Shown: one piece after another, positions 31,667 through 32,000 of the stretch | Numbering within the stretch: the first letter of the stretch is position 1 | Layout of the letters: the number at the start of each line of letters is the position of its first letter | DNA from: Lachnobacterium bovis | Lineage (GTDB): Bacteria > Bacillota > Clostridia > Lachnospirales > Lachnospiraceae | DNA: 32,000 nt | Assembly: GCF_900111325.1 (NCBI RefSeq) | Contig: NZ_FOGW01000013.1 | Location: forward strand, 59,836-91,835 | Reading direction: 5' to 3' | The notes under the pieces: model-generated | Told to the model about the DNA's origin: nothing | The model's database searches: none | The model's input: only the letters and a program-made list of their open reading frames with translations | Program-made: the position numbers and the translations under genes

Positions 31667-32000
31667 ATGATAAGTTCAATGAACACAAAAGTAGATTTAA
31701 CAATGAGAGCGAGTGCTTTTATTGGAATGACAAAAACAGGACAGATTATGATTGGAGATAAAGCTTTTGAGTTTTATGGAGAAAAAAGTAAAAGAGATTA
31801 TATTCAAATTCCATGGGATAAAATCGATTATATAGCAGCATCGGTATATGCAAATAAGTGGATTGCACGCTTTACTATTTTTATAAAGGATTCCGATAAA
31901 TACTATAGTTTTTCAGGAAAAAACAATAAAGAATTATTAAGAGCAGTTAGAAATTATATTCCAGAGAAGAGACTTGTTAAGTCATTGTCATTTTTTGATG
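31667..32000 (+). CDS. DUF956-family protein (ManO-like), partial at the right edge of the window
   Basis: Not in the ORF track. Translated by hand: MISSMNTKVDLTMRASAFIGMTKTGQIMIGDKAFEFYGEKSKRDYIQIPWDKIDYIAASV... This matches the small protein usually encoded downstream of Firmicute man operons. It is still open at position 32000. Confidence 0.8.
   Translation, partial: MISSMNTKVDLTMRASAFIGMTKTGQIMIGDKAFEFYGEKSKRDYIQIPWDKIDYIAASVYANKWIARFTIFIKDSDKYYSFSGKNNKELLRAVRNYIPEKRLVKSLSFFD

Noticed and set aside
1-32000. Scan for CRISPR arrays, tRNA/rRNA genes, transposases, integrases, and phage or toxin-antitoxin modules.
   Set aside because: No regularly spaced repeats, no cloverleaf-like GC-rich segments, and no recombinase or transposase motifs were seen in any listed ORF.

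Overview
Low-GC, AT-rich Firmicutes/Clostridia-style chromosomal segment. Nearly all genes are on the plus strand, with strong GGAGG-type Shine-Dalgarno sites and many hairpin-plus-T-run terminators. All family calls come from reading motifs in the supplied translations; no searches were run.

Most of the window is ordinary housekeeping and transport:
- crcB fluoride channel
- AGCS Na+/alanine-type symporter
- alpha/beta hydrolase
- ZIP metal transporter
- two methyl-accepting chemotaxis proteins
- DUF1284 protein
- ArsB/NhaD-CitMHS-type permease
- flavin-reductase/rubredoxin fusion
- stand-alone tRNA-binding-domain protein followed by a divergent short peptide deformylase
- AlkD-like DNA alkylation repair protein
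- PspC-domain small ORF that is missing from the ORF track
- NCS2 nucleobase permease
- THF riboswitch followed by the folT ECF S-component
- DEDDh exonuclease
- Met T-box leader followed by metG
- split HMA metallochaperone plus CPC-type P1B ATPase
- HAD hydrolase
- mannose-family PTS operon (EIIAB, IIC, IID, DUF956)

No rRNA, tRNA, CRISPR array, transposase or integrase was recognised.

Parts worth a second look:
1. A compact seven-gene cluster at 1236-6044. It holds an orphan LytTR regulator with a pseudo-receiver, a Sec-exported ~12 kDa protein preceded by a ~25-bp direct repeat and followed by a hairpin, three ABC-2-like membrane subunits, one ABC ATPase and a membrane-anchored LRR protein. 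It looks like an uncharacterised exported-protein/bacteriocin-plus-immunity or signalling module.
2. On the minus strand at 28293-28445, a near-consensus promoter followed by a ~28-bp interrupted hairpin and U-tract. It sits just upstream of an orphan 152-aa membrane ORF in a 1.4-kb AT-rich gap, and could be an sRNA or an attenuator.
3. Two gene remnants: a deformylase fragment at 7711-7825 and a TRAP permease C-terminus at 12989-13171.
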